A DNA stretch of 64,000 nucleotides, taken from assembly GCA_965223545.1 (NCBI GenBank), contig OZ245006.1, forward strand, positions 7,536,505 through 7,600,504, written 5' to 3'. The notes under the pieces are model-generated. The model had not been told where the DNA came from. It saw only the letters and a program-made list of their open reading frames with translations, and did not search any database. The DNA comes from Planctomycetota bacterium (GTDB lineage: Bacteria; Planctomycetota; UBA1135; UBA2386). Position numbers and translations under genes: made by a program. The first letter of the stretch is position 1, and the number at the start of each line of letters is the position of its first letter. Positions 45,761 to 55,865 of this stretch are shown here, piece after piece.

Positions 45761-46977
45761 GCGCGCGTCGCGGTCACGTCGTGCAGCTGATCAAGCTGCT
45801 GCTGGTGGGCGCCTTGATGGCGTTCGTGTTCTACAACGTGCAGTGGCGCGACGCCCACATCGTGCAGCTCGCCGACGGCGAGCAGCAGCACACCGCCGGC
45901 GAGATCGTCGGCCGGTGGGATACGCAAACGGTGACCTTTCGGCCGCTCGACGCCGACGGCGAGCCGACGGGCGAGGTGCAAGAGATCACGCCGTCCCCGC
46001 CCGAGGACGTGGTCTCGCCCGGCTTCTTCACCTACGTCCTCAACCTCGACAAGGCCTGGTTCGCGCTGGGCGCGCTGTGCTACTGCGCGAGCGTGTTCTT
46101 CGCCAGCACGCGGTGGTGGTGGCTGCTGCGCGTCAACGACCTCCGCGTGACCTGGTTCGAGACGCTGCGATTCACCTGGATCGGGCTGTTCTTCAACAAC
46201 ATCGTGCCGGGTCAGACCGGTGGTGACCTGGTCAAGGCGCTGTACATCGTCAAGCACTGCGAGGGCGGCCGCATGCCCGCGCTGGTCTCGGTGCTGGTCG
46301 ATCGCATCCTGGGGCTGGGGTCGCTGGCGTTGCTCGGCGCGCTGGTCGTGCTCTTCGCGCTCGACAAGGACGGCTTCGGCCTGATCGCCATCGGGGTCTG
46401 GTCGGTGCTCGGCGTCGTCGCGATCGCCGGCGTCGTCGCCTTCAGCAAGCGGGTGCGGCGGCTGGTCCGGCTGGACGAGCTGCTGCGCGCCCTGCCGGCC
46501 GGCATCAGCGGCATCCTGCAGAAGGTCGACCAGGCGGTCTACTTCTACCGCGGCCACAAGCGGGGGATCGCGGTGTGGCTGGTGCTCGGCATGGGCAACC
46601 ACGTGGTCTCGGTGCTGAGCATCCTGCTGGTCGGCGAGGCGCTCGGCGTCGGCATGCCGCCGCTCGAGTACTTCGTCCTGGTGCCGATGATCACCATCCT
46701 GTCGGCGTTCCCGATCGGACCCAACGGCTGGGGTGTCGGCGAAGCGCTCTACAAGACGCTGTTCGGCAAGTTCGGCGCGCCGCACCTGGTCGACGTCGCC
46801 AAGCCGACGGCCGAGTTCATCATGGGAACCCGCGGCGTCGCCCTGTCGGTGCTCTACCGCGTGCACCTGACGTTGTGGTCGCTGGTCGGCGGAGTGCTGG
46901 TGTTGTTCGAGCGCGACAAGGTGACGCGCAGCGACATCGAGCAGGAGGTCGAGCGCGAGGCCGTCGAGGGCGCGTGA
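45757..46977 (+). CDS. Flippase-like / lysylphosphatidylglycerol-synthase TM-region family (UPF0104) membrane protein
   Basis: 406 aa and polytopic. FFNNIVPGQTGGDLVKALYIVKH is typical of the family. Confidence 0.75.
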   Translation: MSARRGHVVQLIKLLLVGALMAFVFYNVQWRDAHIVQLADGEQQHTAGEIVGRWDTQTVTFRPLDADGEPTGEVQEITPSPPEDVVSPGFFTYVLNLDKAWFALGALCYCASVFFASTRWWWLLRVNDLRVTWFETLRFTWIGLFFNNIVPGQTGGDLVKALYIVKHCEGGRMPALVSVLVDRILGLGSLALLGALVVLFALDKDGFGLIAIGVWSVLGVVAIAGVVAFSKRVRRLVRLDELLRALPAGISGILQKVDQAVYFYRGHKRGIAVWLVLGMGNHVVSVLSILLVGEALGVGMPPLEYFVLVPMITILSAFPIGPNGWGVGEALYKTLFGKFGAPHLVDVAKPTAEFIMGTRGVALSVLYRVHLTLWSLVGGVLVLFERDKVTRSDIEQEVEREAVEGA

Positions 46978-47115
46978 GCGCCGGACTCCGGCGTCCTCAC
47001 CACCATGGCAACGACGATGCCGCGCCCGGCGCGCGTGGCCGTATCGCGCTCCTGATCCGACCACCACTCGAGAGTCAGCGGTCCGCGGCCGAACGGGCTG
47101 CTATCCTACTGGGCA

Positions 47116-48015
47116 ATGTCACTGCTCGTAGTCGGCTCCACCGCGTTCGATTCCATCCAGACCCCGTTCGGCACCCGCGAAGACTGCCTCGGCGGCTCGT
47201 CGACGTACTTCGCGCTGGCGGCTTGCCTGTTCACCGAGGTGCGGCTGGTGAGCGTCGTCGGCGAGGATTTTCCCGCCGAGCACCGGCAGCTGCTGGAATC
47301 GCGCGGCATGAAGCTCGACGGGCTCGAAGTGCAGCCCGGCAAGACGTTTCGCTGGAGCGGTCGCTACTCGGCCGACATGAACCAGCGGGAGACGCTGGAC
47401 GTGCAGCTGAACACTTTCGGCGGCTTCGCGCCGGTCGTGCCGGACGCCTTCCGCCGCACCAGCTACGTCTTCTTGGCCAACGGTGCCCCGGCCACGCAGG
47501 CCTCGGTGCTCGATCAGATGGAGGACTCGGTGTTCCGCGTCGCCGACACCATGAACCTCTGGATCGAGAACGACCGCAGTGACTTGATGGCGCTGCTGCC
47601 GCGCGTCGACGGCCTGATCGTCAACGACGAGGAGGTCAAGATGCTCACCGAGGAGACCAACTTGATCCGCGCCGGCCGCAAGCTGCTCGAGCTCGGGCCG
47701 AAGCTGGCGATCGTCAAGAAGGGCGAGCACGGCGCGTTCTTGTTCTCGAACTTCTTCCAGCAGGCACTGCCCGCGTACCCGACCGATCGGGTCGTCGACC
47801 CCACCGGTGCCGGCGACAGCTTCGCCGGCGGCTTCATGGGCTTTCTCGCCGAGTGCGACAGCTTGAGCCTGTGGAACATGAAGCGCGCGATGGCGTTTGG
47901 CACGGTGACCGCGAGCTTCACGGTCGAGGGGTTCGGCGTCGATGCGATCGCCGCCGCCGACCGCGCCACCGTCGAGCGGCGCTACGAAGAGCTGATCCAG
48001 TTCGTCAGCATCTGA
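47116..48015 (+). CDS. PfkB-family carbohydrate/nucleoside kinase
   Basis: 299 aa with GGSSTYFA, KKGEHGA and DPTGAGDSFAGGF. Confidence 0.85.
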   Translation: MSLLVVGSTAFDSIQTPFGTREDCLGGSSTYFALAACLFTEVRLVSVVGEDFPAEHRQLLESRGMKLDGLEVQPGKTFRWSGRYSADMNQRETLDVQLNTFGGFAPVVPDAFRRTSYVFLANGAPATQASVLDQMEDSVFRVADTMNLWIENDRSDLMALLPRVDGLIVNDEEVKMLTEETNLIRAGRKLLELGPKLAIVKKGEHGAFLFSNFFQQALPAYPTDRVVDPTGAGDSFAGGFMGFLAECDSLSLWNMKRAMAFGTVTASFTVEGFGVDAIAAADRATVERRYEELIQFVSI

Positions 48016-48156
48016 GCCTCAGCGCGGTCGCCGGCGGCCGCGCTGAGCCGGGGCGCGGGAGCCGGGGCGCGGGGGTTCGCGGGCCTCGGCATGTGACCGG
48101 AAGCGCCGCGCGGGCCACCAAAATGCGGCGGGCTCGCGCAAAAAGCTGGCGAATGT

Positions 48157-48185
48157 TTGGCTTTTGTAAGGGTCGCCGCTAGTCT
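48157..48185 (+). promoter_or_regulatory. Possible sigma-70-type promoter upstream of recA
   Basis: TTGGCT-N17-TAGTCT, 37 nt upstream of the ATG, with GGGAGGGA as an RBS-like element at about 48203-48210. Pattern match only. Confidence 0.25.
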
Positions 48186-48221
48186 GTCTCCTCAATCTCC
48201 CCGGGAGGGACCGAAACGACC

Positions 48222-49442
48222 ATGGTGACGAACAGCAAGGGCAAGTCGGGCGAACCGCGCCGCGAAGAAGCACTCGAGGACGCGCTGGCCTCGATCGAAA
48301 AGTCGTACGGCAAGGGCGCCATCATGCGGATGGGCGACCAGACGGTGCAGCCGGTCGACGGCATTTCCACCGGGTCGCTGGGCCTCGATCTGGCCATCGG
48401 TGGCGCCGGCTTGCCGCGGGGGCGGGTGGTCGAGGTCTACGGGCCGGAGTCGTCCGGCAAGACCACCCTCACCCTGCACGTCGTCGCCAACGCCCAGCGC
48501 GCGGGCGGGACGGCGGCCTTCATCGACGCCGAGCACGCCCTGGACCCGCAGTACGCAAAGCGCCTGGGGGTCGACCTCGACCAGTTGCTGATCTCGCAGC
48601 CGGACCACGGCGAGCAGGCGCTCGACATCTGCGAGACCCTGGTGCGCTCGGGAGCCATCGACGTGATCGTGGTCGACTCGGTCGCGGCTCTGGTGCCGCG
48701 TGCCGAGATCGAGGGCGAGATGGGAGACACGTTCGTCGGTCTGCACGCCCGGCTGATGAGTCAGGCGCTGCGCAAGCTGACCGCGCTGGTGGCCAAGACG
48801 CGCACCTGCTTGATCTTCATCAACCAGATCCGCGAGAAGATCGGCGTCATGTTCGGCAGCCCGGAGACCACGACCGGCGGTCGCGCGCTGAAGTTCTATT
48901 CGTCGGTGCGCATCGACATCCGCCGCATCGGCCAGATCAAGAGCGGGGACGCCCCGGTCGGCGCGCGCACCAAGGCGACGGTCGTGAAGAACAAGATCGC
49001 GCCGCCGTTCCGCAAGGTCGAGTTCGACATCGTCTTCAACCGCGGCATCGACCAGACCGGCGAGCTGCTCGATTTCGGCGTCGAGCACGGCGTGCTGCGG
49101 CGCAGTGGCACGTGGGTGAGCTACGGGGAGACCCGCCTCGGCCAGGGCCGCGAGCGCGCCCGCGATTTCCTCGACGAGAACGTCGAGATCCGCACCCAGC
49201 TCATGCGCGCGATCTTCGAGGCCAAGGGCTTGCCGGTGCCGGCTGCGGTGGGTGGCGGCAAGGCCGCGGGGTCGGCGGAGGCGGCGGACACCGCTCCTGA
49301 CAAGAGTGCGGCCCCAGGCAAGAGTTCCGCCCCGGCCAAGAGCGGTGGCGCTGGCAAGGCCGGTGGGACGAGCAAGACCAACGGCACCTCGGCACAGACC
49401 AATGCCGCTGCCCTGCGCGGTCAGCGCGGCGCCGCCAAGTAG
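48222..49442 (+). CDS. recA: Recombinase RecA with a basic low-complexity C-terminal tail
   Basis: [86 protein letters not shown]. Confidence 0.95.
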   Translation: MVTNSKGKSGEPRREEALEDALASIEKSYGKGAIMRMGDQTVQPVDGISTGSLGLDLAIGGAGLPRGRVVEVYGPESSGKTTLTLHVVANAQRAGGTAAFIDAEHALDPQYAKRLGVDLDQLLISQPDHGEQALDICETLVRSGAIDVIVVDSVAALVPRAEIEGEMGDTFVGLHARLMSQALRKLTALVAKTRTCLIFINQIREKIGVMFGSPETTTGGRALKFYSSVRIDIRRIGQIKSGDAPVGARTKATVVKNKIAPPFRKVEFDIVFNRGIDQTGELLDFGVEHGVLRRSGTWVSYGETRLGQGRERARDFLDENVEIRTQLMRAIFEAKGLPVPAAVGGGKAAGSAEAADTAPDKSAAPGKSSAPAKSGGAGKAGGTSKTNGTSAQTNAAALRGQRGAAK

Positions 49443-49641
49443 GGCCGGGTCGCGCCGGCCGACCTCCCGGTCGGGCCCGCTGGTCGCCTCGGCCAGCTGC
49501 GCGCGCAGGGGGCGCCGGTTTGCTTTCTCCCGCGGGCCGGCCTAGTTTCCGCGGCCCGGAACGCCGGCGCCCCGGTCGCCCCGAGCCGTCTCAGGGCCGT
49601 GCGGCGGCGGTCGGCGTTCTGCAGACCCGAATGCCACTGCC

Positions 49642-52299
49642 ATGACGCCGCTCTCCGTCGCCGAGGTTCGCGAGCGCTATCTGCGCTTCTTCGAGGCCCG
49701 AGGCCACCAACGCCTGCCGTCCGACTCGTTGGTCCCCGCCAACGATCCGACGCTGCTGTTCACCGGCGCGGGGATGAACCAGTTCAAGGACATGTTCTTG
49801 GGCAAGGGGGGGCTGCCGTACCAGCGGGTCACCACATCGCAGAAGTGCCTGCGCGTGCCCGACCTCGACAACGTGGGGGCGACTCCGCGCCACCACACGT
49901 TCTTCGAGATGCTGGGCAACTTCTCCTTTGGCGACTACTTCAAGGAGGAGTGCATCCAGTGGGAATGGGAGTTCTTCTCCCGTGAGCTCGGCATTCCCGA
50001 GCGCAACATGGTCGTCACCGTCTACGAGGACGACGACGAGGCCTTTCGGATCTGGAACGAGGTCGTCGGGCTCGAGCCCGAGCGGATCTTCCGCTTTGGC
50101 GAGAAGGAGAACTTCTGGCCGGCCGAGGCGCCGAGCAAGGGGCCCAACGGCCCGTGTGGGCCGTGCTCGGAGATCTACTACGACAGTGCGCCCGACCGGC
50201 CCTATCCCTCGCACGAAGGCCTGGAAGAGCTGCCCGACGATCGGTTCACCGAGATCGGCAACTGCGTGTTCACCCAGTTCGATCGTCAGGCCGACGGCAC
50301 GCTGGCGCCCCTGCCGCAGAAGAACATCGACGTCGGCTTGGGACTGGAGCGCATCACGGCGGTGTTGGCCGGTGCGCCGAACAACTTCGAGACCGACGCG
50401 TTCCAACCGCTGCTGGACGCGGTCGCCGCGCGCTCGGGCCGGCCGTACGAGACCGACACCGCCGACGGGGTGCGCATGCGCCGCATCGCCGACCACGCCC
50501 GCGCCGTCGTTTTCTGCGTCGCCGACGGCGCGCTGCCTAGCAACGAGGGCCGCGGCTACGTGGTGCGCAAGATCCTGCGGCGCGCCTGCCGCGATGGCTA
50601 CGACCTCGGCATCGAGGACCCGTTCCTGTGCGAGCTGGTCGATGTCGTCGGCCAGGTCATGGGCGAGGCCTACCCCGAGGTCCGCGCGCACGCCGGGCAG
50701 TGCCGGTCGGTGATTCGCGGCGAGGAGGAGAGCTTTCGCACGGTCTACACCCAGGGCATGCAGCGCTTGGCCGCGGCGCTCGAGGGCGCGGGCGATGGCG
50801 GGCTCGAGCACAATGGCGAGCTCGCCTTCCAGCTGCACGACACCTACGGCTTTCCGGTCGACATCACCCGGCAGGTGATGGCTGACCGCGGGGTTGCCCT
50901 GGACGAGGCCGAGTTCGAGGCCGCGATGGAAGCCCAGCGGGCGCGGGCCCGCGCGGCGATGGCGACCGCCGACGCGGTGTTCGCCGACAACGCCGCCATG
51001 CGCTTGCGCGAGGCCGGCGTCCGCCCGACCCGGTTCATCGGTTACGACGCGCTCGAAGCGGACGCGACGCTGGCCGCGGTGATCGGCACGGGCCACGTCC
51101 TGTGCGACGAGATCGGCGAGGGCGAGGCGATCGCGGTCAGCGATACCACGCCGTTCTACGCCCAGGGCGGTGGCCAGGTGGGGGACACCGGCACCATCGA
51201 GCAAGACCACGGCCGCGCGACGGTGCTCGGCACGACGGCGCTGGATGGCTACTTCCTGCACCATGTTCGGGTCGAGCAGGGCACGCTGCGCGCGGGCGCA
51301 CCGTGCCGGCTGCGCGTCGACGCGGCGGCGCGGCGCGCCACCGAGCGCAACCACACGGCGACCCACCTGCTGCACGCTGCGCTCAAGCGCGTGCTCGGCG
51401 ATCACGTCAACCAGGCCGGCTCCGAGGTGGCGCCCGAGCGGTTGCGGTTCGATTACACGCACGGCGAGCGGTTGACCGACGCGCAGATCGAGGAGCTCGA
51501 GGCCATGGTCGCCGGGGTGGTTGGCGAGGCGATCGAGGTCAGCGCCGTGGTCAGGCCGATCGCGGAGGCGAGAGCGTCGGGCTTCGTCGCCCTGTTTGGC
51601 GAGAAGTACGGCGACGAGGTGCGCACGCTGGCGGTCGGCGAGTTCTCCAAGGAGCTGTGCGGCGGCACCCACGTGCGCAACTCCGGCAACATCGGTGGCT
51701 TTCGCATCGTGTCGGACTCGGCGATCAGCGCCGGCACGCGGCGCATCGAGGCGGTGACCGGCGACAGCGCGCGGGCCCTGTCGGCCGCCGACCGCAGCCA
51801 AGTCGGTGCCATCGCCCAGCTGCTCAAGGTGGCGCCGGCAGAGGTGGCCGAGCGGGTGCGCCAGGTCGCCGCCGAGCTCAAGCAGGTCAAGAAGGAGCTG
51901 GCGAAGGCGTTGGCGCCGGACCCGGCGGCGCTGCTGGCCGAGCTCGAGAAGGAGTGCCGCGCGGTCGATGGCGTGCGCTGCGCGATCTACGTCCGCGCAG
52001 GGCTCGACGGCAAGCAGGCGCAGGATCTGCTGAAGCGCGCGGTCAAGAAGTTGGCGCCGTTCGCCGGCGTGGTGCTCGGCACCGGCGCCGCCCAGGTCGC
52101 GGTGGTCGCCGCGGTGTCGCCGGACGTCGCCGACCGCCTGTCGGCCGCCGACCTGGTGGCCGCCGCGACCGGAGCGATGGGCGGCGGCGGTGGCGGCCGG
52201 CCGCAGATGGCCCAGGGCCGCGGCCAGAACGCCGCGGCGCTCGACGACGCGGTGGCGGCCCTGCGGGGCTGCTTCGAGGCGGCTGGACTGCCGGTGTGA
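49642..52299 (+). CDS. alaS: Alanine--tRNA ligase
   Basis: 885 aa with RYLRFFEARGH, FTGAGMNQFKD, RHHTFFEMLGNFSFGDYFK, HTATHLLH and CGGTHV. Confidence 0.95.
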   Translation: MTPLSVAEVRERYLRFFEARGHQRLPSDSLVPANDPTLLFTGAGMNQFKDMFLGKGGLPYQRVTTSQKCLRVPDLDNVGATPRHHTFFEMLGNFSFGDYFKEECIQWEWEFFSRELGIPERNMVVTVYEDDDEAFRIWNEVVGLEPERIFRFGEKENFWPAEAPSKGPNGPCGPCSEIYYDSAPDRPYPSHEGLEELPDDRFTEIGNCVFTQFDRQADGTLAPLPQKNIDVGLGLERITAVLAGAPNNFETDAFQPLLDAVAARSGRPYETDTADGVRMRRIADHARAVVFCVADGALPSNEGRGYVVRKILRRACRDGYDLGIEDPFLCELVDVVGQVMGEAYPEVRAHAGQCRSVIRGEEESFRTVYTQGMQRLAAALEGAGDGGLEHNGELAFQLHDTYGFPVDITRQVMADRGVALDEAEFEAAMEAQRARARAAMATADAVFADNAAMRLREAGVRPTRFIGYDALEADATLAAVIGTGHVLCDEIGEGEAIAVSDTTPFYAQGGGQVGDTGTIEQDHGRATVLGTTALDGYFLHHVRVEQGTLRAGAPCRLRVDAAARRATERNHTATHLLHAALKRVLGDHVNQAGSEVAPERLRFDYTHGERLTDAQIEELEAMVAGVVGEAIEVSAVVRPIAEARASGFVALFGEKYGDEVRTLAVGEFSKELCGGTHVRNSGNIGGFRIVSDSAISAGTRRIEAVTGDSARALSAADRSQVGAIAQLLKVAPAEVAERVRQVAAELKQVKKELAKALAPDPAALLAELEKECRAVDGVRCAIYVRAGLDGKQAQDLLKRAVKKLAPFAGVVLGTGAAQVAVVAAVSPDVADRLSAADLVAAATGAMGGGGGGRPQMAQGRGQNAAALDDAVAALRGCFEAAGLPV

Positions 52300-52462
52300 G
52301 CGTTTCCCCCGGCACTCCGCCGGCCCCAGGCGGCGCTGGATTTCGCGAAAGTCCGCCGTAACATTCCCGGGCTCCTCGGGCGCCAGCAGCCCGTACCCTC
52401 CGGATTCTAACCAGTTCGAACGGTGGACGCCGCGATCCGCGGGCCGAGCCGCCGCCTGACCC

Positions 52463-52645
52463 ATGGCCGTCCCGAAGCGTCGACAAAGTCGTTCCCGTCG
52501 CAACAAGCGCCGCTCGCATGATGCCCTCAAGCCGGCGCAGCTGGTGCGGTGCAGCAACTGCTCGGCGGCGATCCTGCCGCATCACATCTGCGCCAGCTGT
52601 GGGCATTACCGCGGCCGCCAGATGATCCCGGGCAAGATGGCGTGA
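52463..52645 (+). CDS. rpmF: 50S ribosomal protein L32
   Basis: MAVPKRRQSRSRRNKRRSH..C..C..C..CG. 60 aa. Confidence 0.9.
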   Translation: MAVPKRRQSRSRRNKRRSHDALKPAQLVRCSNCSAAILPHHICASCGHYRGRQMIPGKMA

Positions 52646-52685
52646 GCCTCGGCCGGCCACGCCCGTTGCGCCGCGGCGCGGGGCC

Positions 52686-53714
52686 ATGGCCGCCGCGGTC
52701 TCTGTGGAGCATCGTGTGAGCAAGGTAGTGTTGGATGCCATGGGGGGTGACCACGCCCCGGATGCGATCCTCGACGGGGTTGCCCTGTCGCTGGAGCGCG
52801 GCATCTGTACCGGCGAGCAGCTGTTGCTCACCGGCCCGGCGCAGCAGCTGCGCGACGCCCTCGCCCGGCGCGGTCTGCCCGCGGCGATCGAGGTCCACGA
52901 CGCCCCCGATGTCCTCAGCGGCGAGTCGCCGATCGACGGCCTGCGCCGCAAGCCGCGCAACAGCATCGCGGTCGGCATCGGTCTGATCCGCGAGGGCCGG
53001 GCAGATGCCTTCCTCAGCGCCGGGAGCACCGGCACCGTGGTCGCCGCCGCCAAAGTCGGCTTGCCGGGTCTGGAAGGCATTCGCCGGCCGGCGATCGCGG
53101 TGACGATCGAGGCCGAGGCCGGCCCGTTCATCGTCGTCGACGTCGGTGCCAACCCGCAGCCCAAGGCGGTGCATTTGCTGCAGTACGGGCTGATGGGCGC
53201 GGCCTACCACCACGACGCGTTCGGCACCGAGGAGCCGCGCGTCGGTTTGATGAACATCGGCTCGGAGGCGGGCAAGGGCAGTCCGCTGGCGGTCGAGGCC
53301 GGCGCCCTGCTGCGCGCCGCGCCGATCAACTTCGTCGGCAACGTCGAGGGTGTCGATGTGTTTCGCGGAGCCTGTGACGTGATCGTCTGCGATGGCTTCA
53401 CCGGCAACGTGCTGCTGAAGACCAGCGAAGGCGTCGCCGAGTGGATGCTGCGCACGGTCAGCGGCCTGCTGCACGAGTACGAAGTCGGCGACGAGAAGAA
53501 ACGCCAGATTCTCGCCCGACTCATGGACAAGGTGGACTACTCCGAGTACGGCGGTGCACTGCTGCTCGGCGTCGAGGGCATCGTGACGATCTGCCATGGT
53601 CGCTCGGGAGCTTCGGCGATCGCCAACGCGGTCAAGGTCGCCCTGCAAGCGGTCGGCGCCAATCTCAACCAACACATCGTTTCGGCGGCACGCGCTGCGG
53701 CCGCCCGCTCCTGA
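52686..53714 (+). CDS. plsX: Phosphate acyltransferase PlsX
   Basis: LDAMGGDHAP, SAGSTG, GNVEG, CDGFTGNVLLK. The start may be GTG 52716. Confidence 0.9.
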   Translation: MAAAVSVEHRVSKVVLDAMGGDHAPDAILDGVALSLERGICTGEQLLLTGPAQQLRDALARRGLPAAIEVHDAPDVLSGESPIDGLRRKPRNSIAVGIGLIREGRADAFLSAGSTGTVVAAAKVGLPGLEGIRRPAIAVTIEAEAGPFIVVDVGANPQPKAVHLLQYGLMGAAYHHDAFGTEEPRVGLMNIGSEAGKGSPLAVEAGALLRAAPINFVGNVEGVDVFRGACDVIVCDGFTGNVLLKTSEGVAEWMLRTVSGLLHEYEVGDEKKRQILARLMDKVDYSEYGGALLLGVEGIVTICHGRSGASAIANAVKVALQAVGANLNQHIVSAARAAAARS

Positions 53715-53734
53715 GTACGGACACCCGAGTCGCG

Positions 53735-54739
53735 ATGGCCAGCATGTCGACCCCGACGTTGATTCCCGTGGGCATTGCCGGGCTCGGCAAGTCCGTGCCC
53801 GAGCGCGAGCTGCACAACGACGAGCTCGAGCGGATGGTCGATACGTCCGACGAGTGGATCGTGCAGCGCACCGGCATTCGCAGCCGCCGGATCGCGGCCG
53901 ACGACGAGTGCACGAGCGACATGGCGACCGAGGCGGCGCGGCGTGCGTTGGACGACGCCGGGATCGCGCCCACCGAAGTCGACGTGATCTTGTGCTGCAC
54001 GGTGACCGGCGACATGGTGTTTCCGGCGACGGCCTGCAAGATCGGCGAGAAGCTCGGTGCTCCGCAGGCGGGTGGCTTCGACATCGGCGCGGCCTGCAGT
54101 GGGTTCGTGTTCGGCCTGCACACCGGCGCGCAGTACATCGCCGCCGGGGCGGCCAAGACCGTCCTCGTCGTCGGCGCCGAGAAGCTGAGCACGATCCTCG
54201 ACTACCAGGATCGCAACACGTGCGTCCTGTTCGGCGATGGCGCCGGCGCAGTGGTGTTGACCTCGCTGGAGCGGGCCGGTCAGGGCGAGTACATCGAGGG
54301 CTCCCTCGGCATGGAGGGGGGCAACGACGAGGTCTTGTGTGTGCCGGCCGGTGGCGCTCTGCACCCGGCCTCACACGCCACGGTCGACCAGCGCATGCAC
54401 TACATGAAGATGGGGGGCACCAAGGTGTTCCGCTTCGCGGTGCGCGTGTTCGCCGACATGGTGGCGAAGTCGATGCGGCCGTACGGCTACGACCAGCTCA
54501 GTGTCGTGGTGCCGCACCAGGTCAACCAGCGGATCATCGAGGCCGCCGCCGAGCGGCTCGAGTTGCCGCTCGACAAGTTTTTCGTCAACATTGCGCAGTA
54601 TGGCAACACTTCCGCGGCCTCGGTGCCGATCGCGCTGGCCGAAGCGCGGGATGCCGGTCGGCTCGAGAAGGGCAAGATCGTCTGCATGGTGGCGTTCGGC
54701 GCGGGTCTGATGTGGGGGCACGTCCTGGTGCGCTGGTAG
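53735..54739 (+). CDS. fabH: 3-oxoacyl-ACP synthase III
   Basis: DEWIVQRTGIRSRR, AACSGF, FGDGAGAVVL, HQVNQRI, GNTSAASVP. Confidence 0.92.
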   Translation: MASMSTPTLIPVGIAGLGKSVPERELHNDELERMVDTSDEWIVQRTGIRSRRIAADDECTSDMATEAARRALDDAGIAPTEVDVILCCTVTGDMVFPATACKIGEKLGAPQAGGFDIGAACSGFVFGLHTGAQYIAAGAAKTVLVVGAEKLSTILDYQDRNTCVLFGDGAGAVVLTSLERAGQGEYIEGSLGMEGGNDEVLCVPAGGALHPASHATVDQRMHYMKMGGTKVFRFAVRVFADMVAKSMRPYGYDQLSVVVPHQVNQRIIEAAAERLELPLDKFFVNIAQYGNTSAASVPIALAEARDAGRLEKGKIVCMVAFGAGLMWGHVLVRW

Positions 54740-54786
54740 AATCGCCCTGGGATCGACAAGCCAAGCTCGATGATGGAGACAAAACA

Positions 54787-55527
54787 GTGACGCTCGAAGG
54801 CAAGGTCGCGGTCGTCACCGGTGCGTCGCGCGGCATCGGTCGCGCCATCGCCGGTGCCCTGGCCGAGCGCGGAGCACGCGTCGTGTGCACGGCGACCCGC
54901 GACGGCGGTTGCGCGGCCACGGTCGACGAGATCCGCGCCGCCGGCGGCGAGGCCCATGGTTACGCCTTGGAGGTGTCGTCGCTCGAGGCGGTCGATGGTT
55001 TTGCCAAGGCGGTGACCGACGATGTCGGACCGGTGTCGGTGCTGGTGAACAACGCGGGCATCACCCGAGACGGGTTGTTTCTGCGCATGGCGGCCGAGGA
55101 CTTCGACGCCGTGCTCGCGGTCAATCTGCGCGGCGCGTTCGCCACCTGCCGGGCGTTTGCCCGTGGCATGGCGAAGGCCCGTCACGGCCGGATCGTCAAC
55201 GTTGGCTCGGTGGTCGGGCTGACGGGCAACGCCGGTCAGGTCAACTACGCCGCGGCGAAGGCCGGCCTGATCGGGATGAGCAAGTCGCTGGCGCGTGAGC
55301 TGGCGGGACGCGGGGTGACCGTAAATGTCGTTGCCCCGGGGTTCATCGAGACCGACATGACCGCCGGGCTGCCCGAGGACGTCCGCACCGAGGCCGTCAA
55401 AAACATTCCGTTGGCCCGTTTCGGCACCCCATCGGATGTTGCAGGCACCGTTTCTTTTCTGTGTAGTGACGCCGCCGCGTACCTCACGGGACAAGTGCTC
55501 GTCGTGGACGGCGGCATGGCCATGTGA
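54787..55527 (+). CDS. fabG: 3-oxoacyl-ACP reductase
   Basis: [49 protein letters not shown] start. Confidence 0.9.
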   Translation: MTLEGKVAVVTGASRGIGRAIAGALAERGARVVCTATRDGGCAATVDEIRAAGGEAHGYALEVSSLEAVDGFAKAVTDDVGPVSVLVNNAGITRDGLFLRMAAEDFDAVLAVNLRGAFATCRAFARGMAKARHGRIVNVGSVVGLTGNAGQVNYAAAKAGLIGMSKSLARELAGRGVTVNVVAPGFIETDMTAGLPEDVRTEAVKNIPLARFGTPSDVAGTVSFLCSDAAAYLTGQVLVVDGGMAM

Positions 55528-55590
55528 CCGGCCGCAGCCGTGCCGGCGTGAGCGTCGACCCTCATTCCGTATCTGACCCTGGCTCCCCCA

Positions 55591-55597
55591 AGGGAGG
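55591..55597 (+). promoter_or_regulatory. Shine-Dalgarno for acpP
   Basis: AGGGAGG lies 7 nt upstream of GTG 55605. Confidence 0.5.
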
Positions 55598-55604
55598 TTT
55601 GAAA

Positions 55605-55850
55605 GTGGCGAAAGTCGAGAACGTCGAGGAACGAGTCCTCAACATCGTTTGCGAGCAGCTCGGGACCAGCCGTGAGAAGATCACGCGGGAGACCTCGTTC
55701 ATCAACGACCTTGGTGCCGACTCGCTCGACACCGTCGAGTTGGTGATGGAGTTCGAGGACGAGTTCGAGATCAACATCCCCGACGAGGACGCCGAGAAGA
55801 TCCAGACTGTCGGTGACGCGATCACCTACATCGAATCCAAGCTCTCCTGA
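55605..55850 (+). CDS. acpP: Acyl carrier protein
   Basis: [30 protein letters not shown] (DSL phosphopantetheine site). The track ORF is trimmed to the GTG that follows the RBS. Confidence 0.92.
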   Translation: MAKVENVEERVLNIVCEQLGTSREKITRETSFINDLGADSLDTVELVMEFEDEFEINIPDEDAEKIQTVGDAITYIESKLS

Positions 55851-55865
55851 GCGCGGGTGGTGGCC

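Noticed and set aside
48016-48221. SOS/LexA box upstream of recA (and 7497-7566 upstream of the uvrA-like gene)
   Set aside because: I could not find CTGT-N8-ACAG, GAAC-N4-GTTC, or the GTTCAG-containing motif I recall for myxobacteria. Only a weak sigma-70-like promoter pattern was noted.
49443-49641. Possible recX or a terminator between recA and alaS
   Set aside because: There is no ORF with RecX-like sequence. Only a weak 6-bp stem (GGGCCG/CGGCCC) without a U-tract is present.
52300-52462. Possible yceD/DUF177 gene or ribosomal leader upstream of rpmF
   Set aside because: There is no ORF of suitable size or composition, and I recognised no conserved structure.
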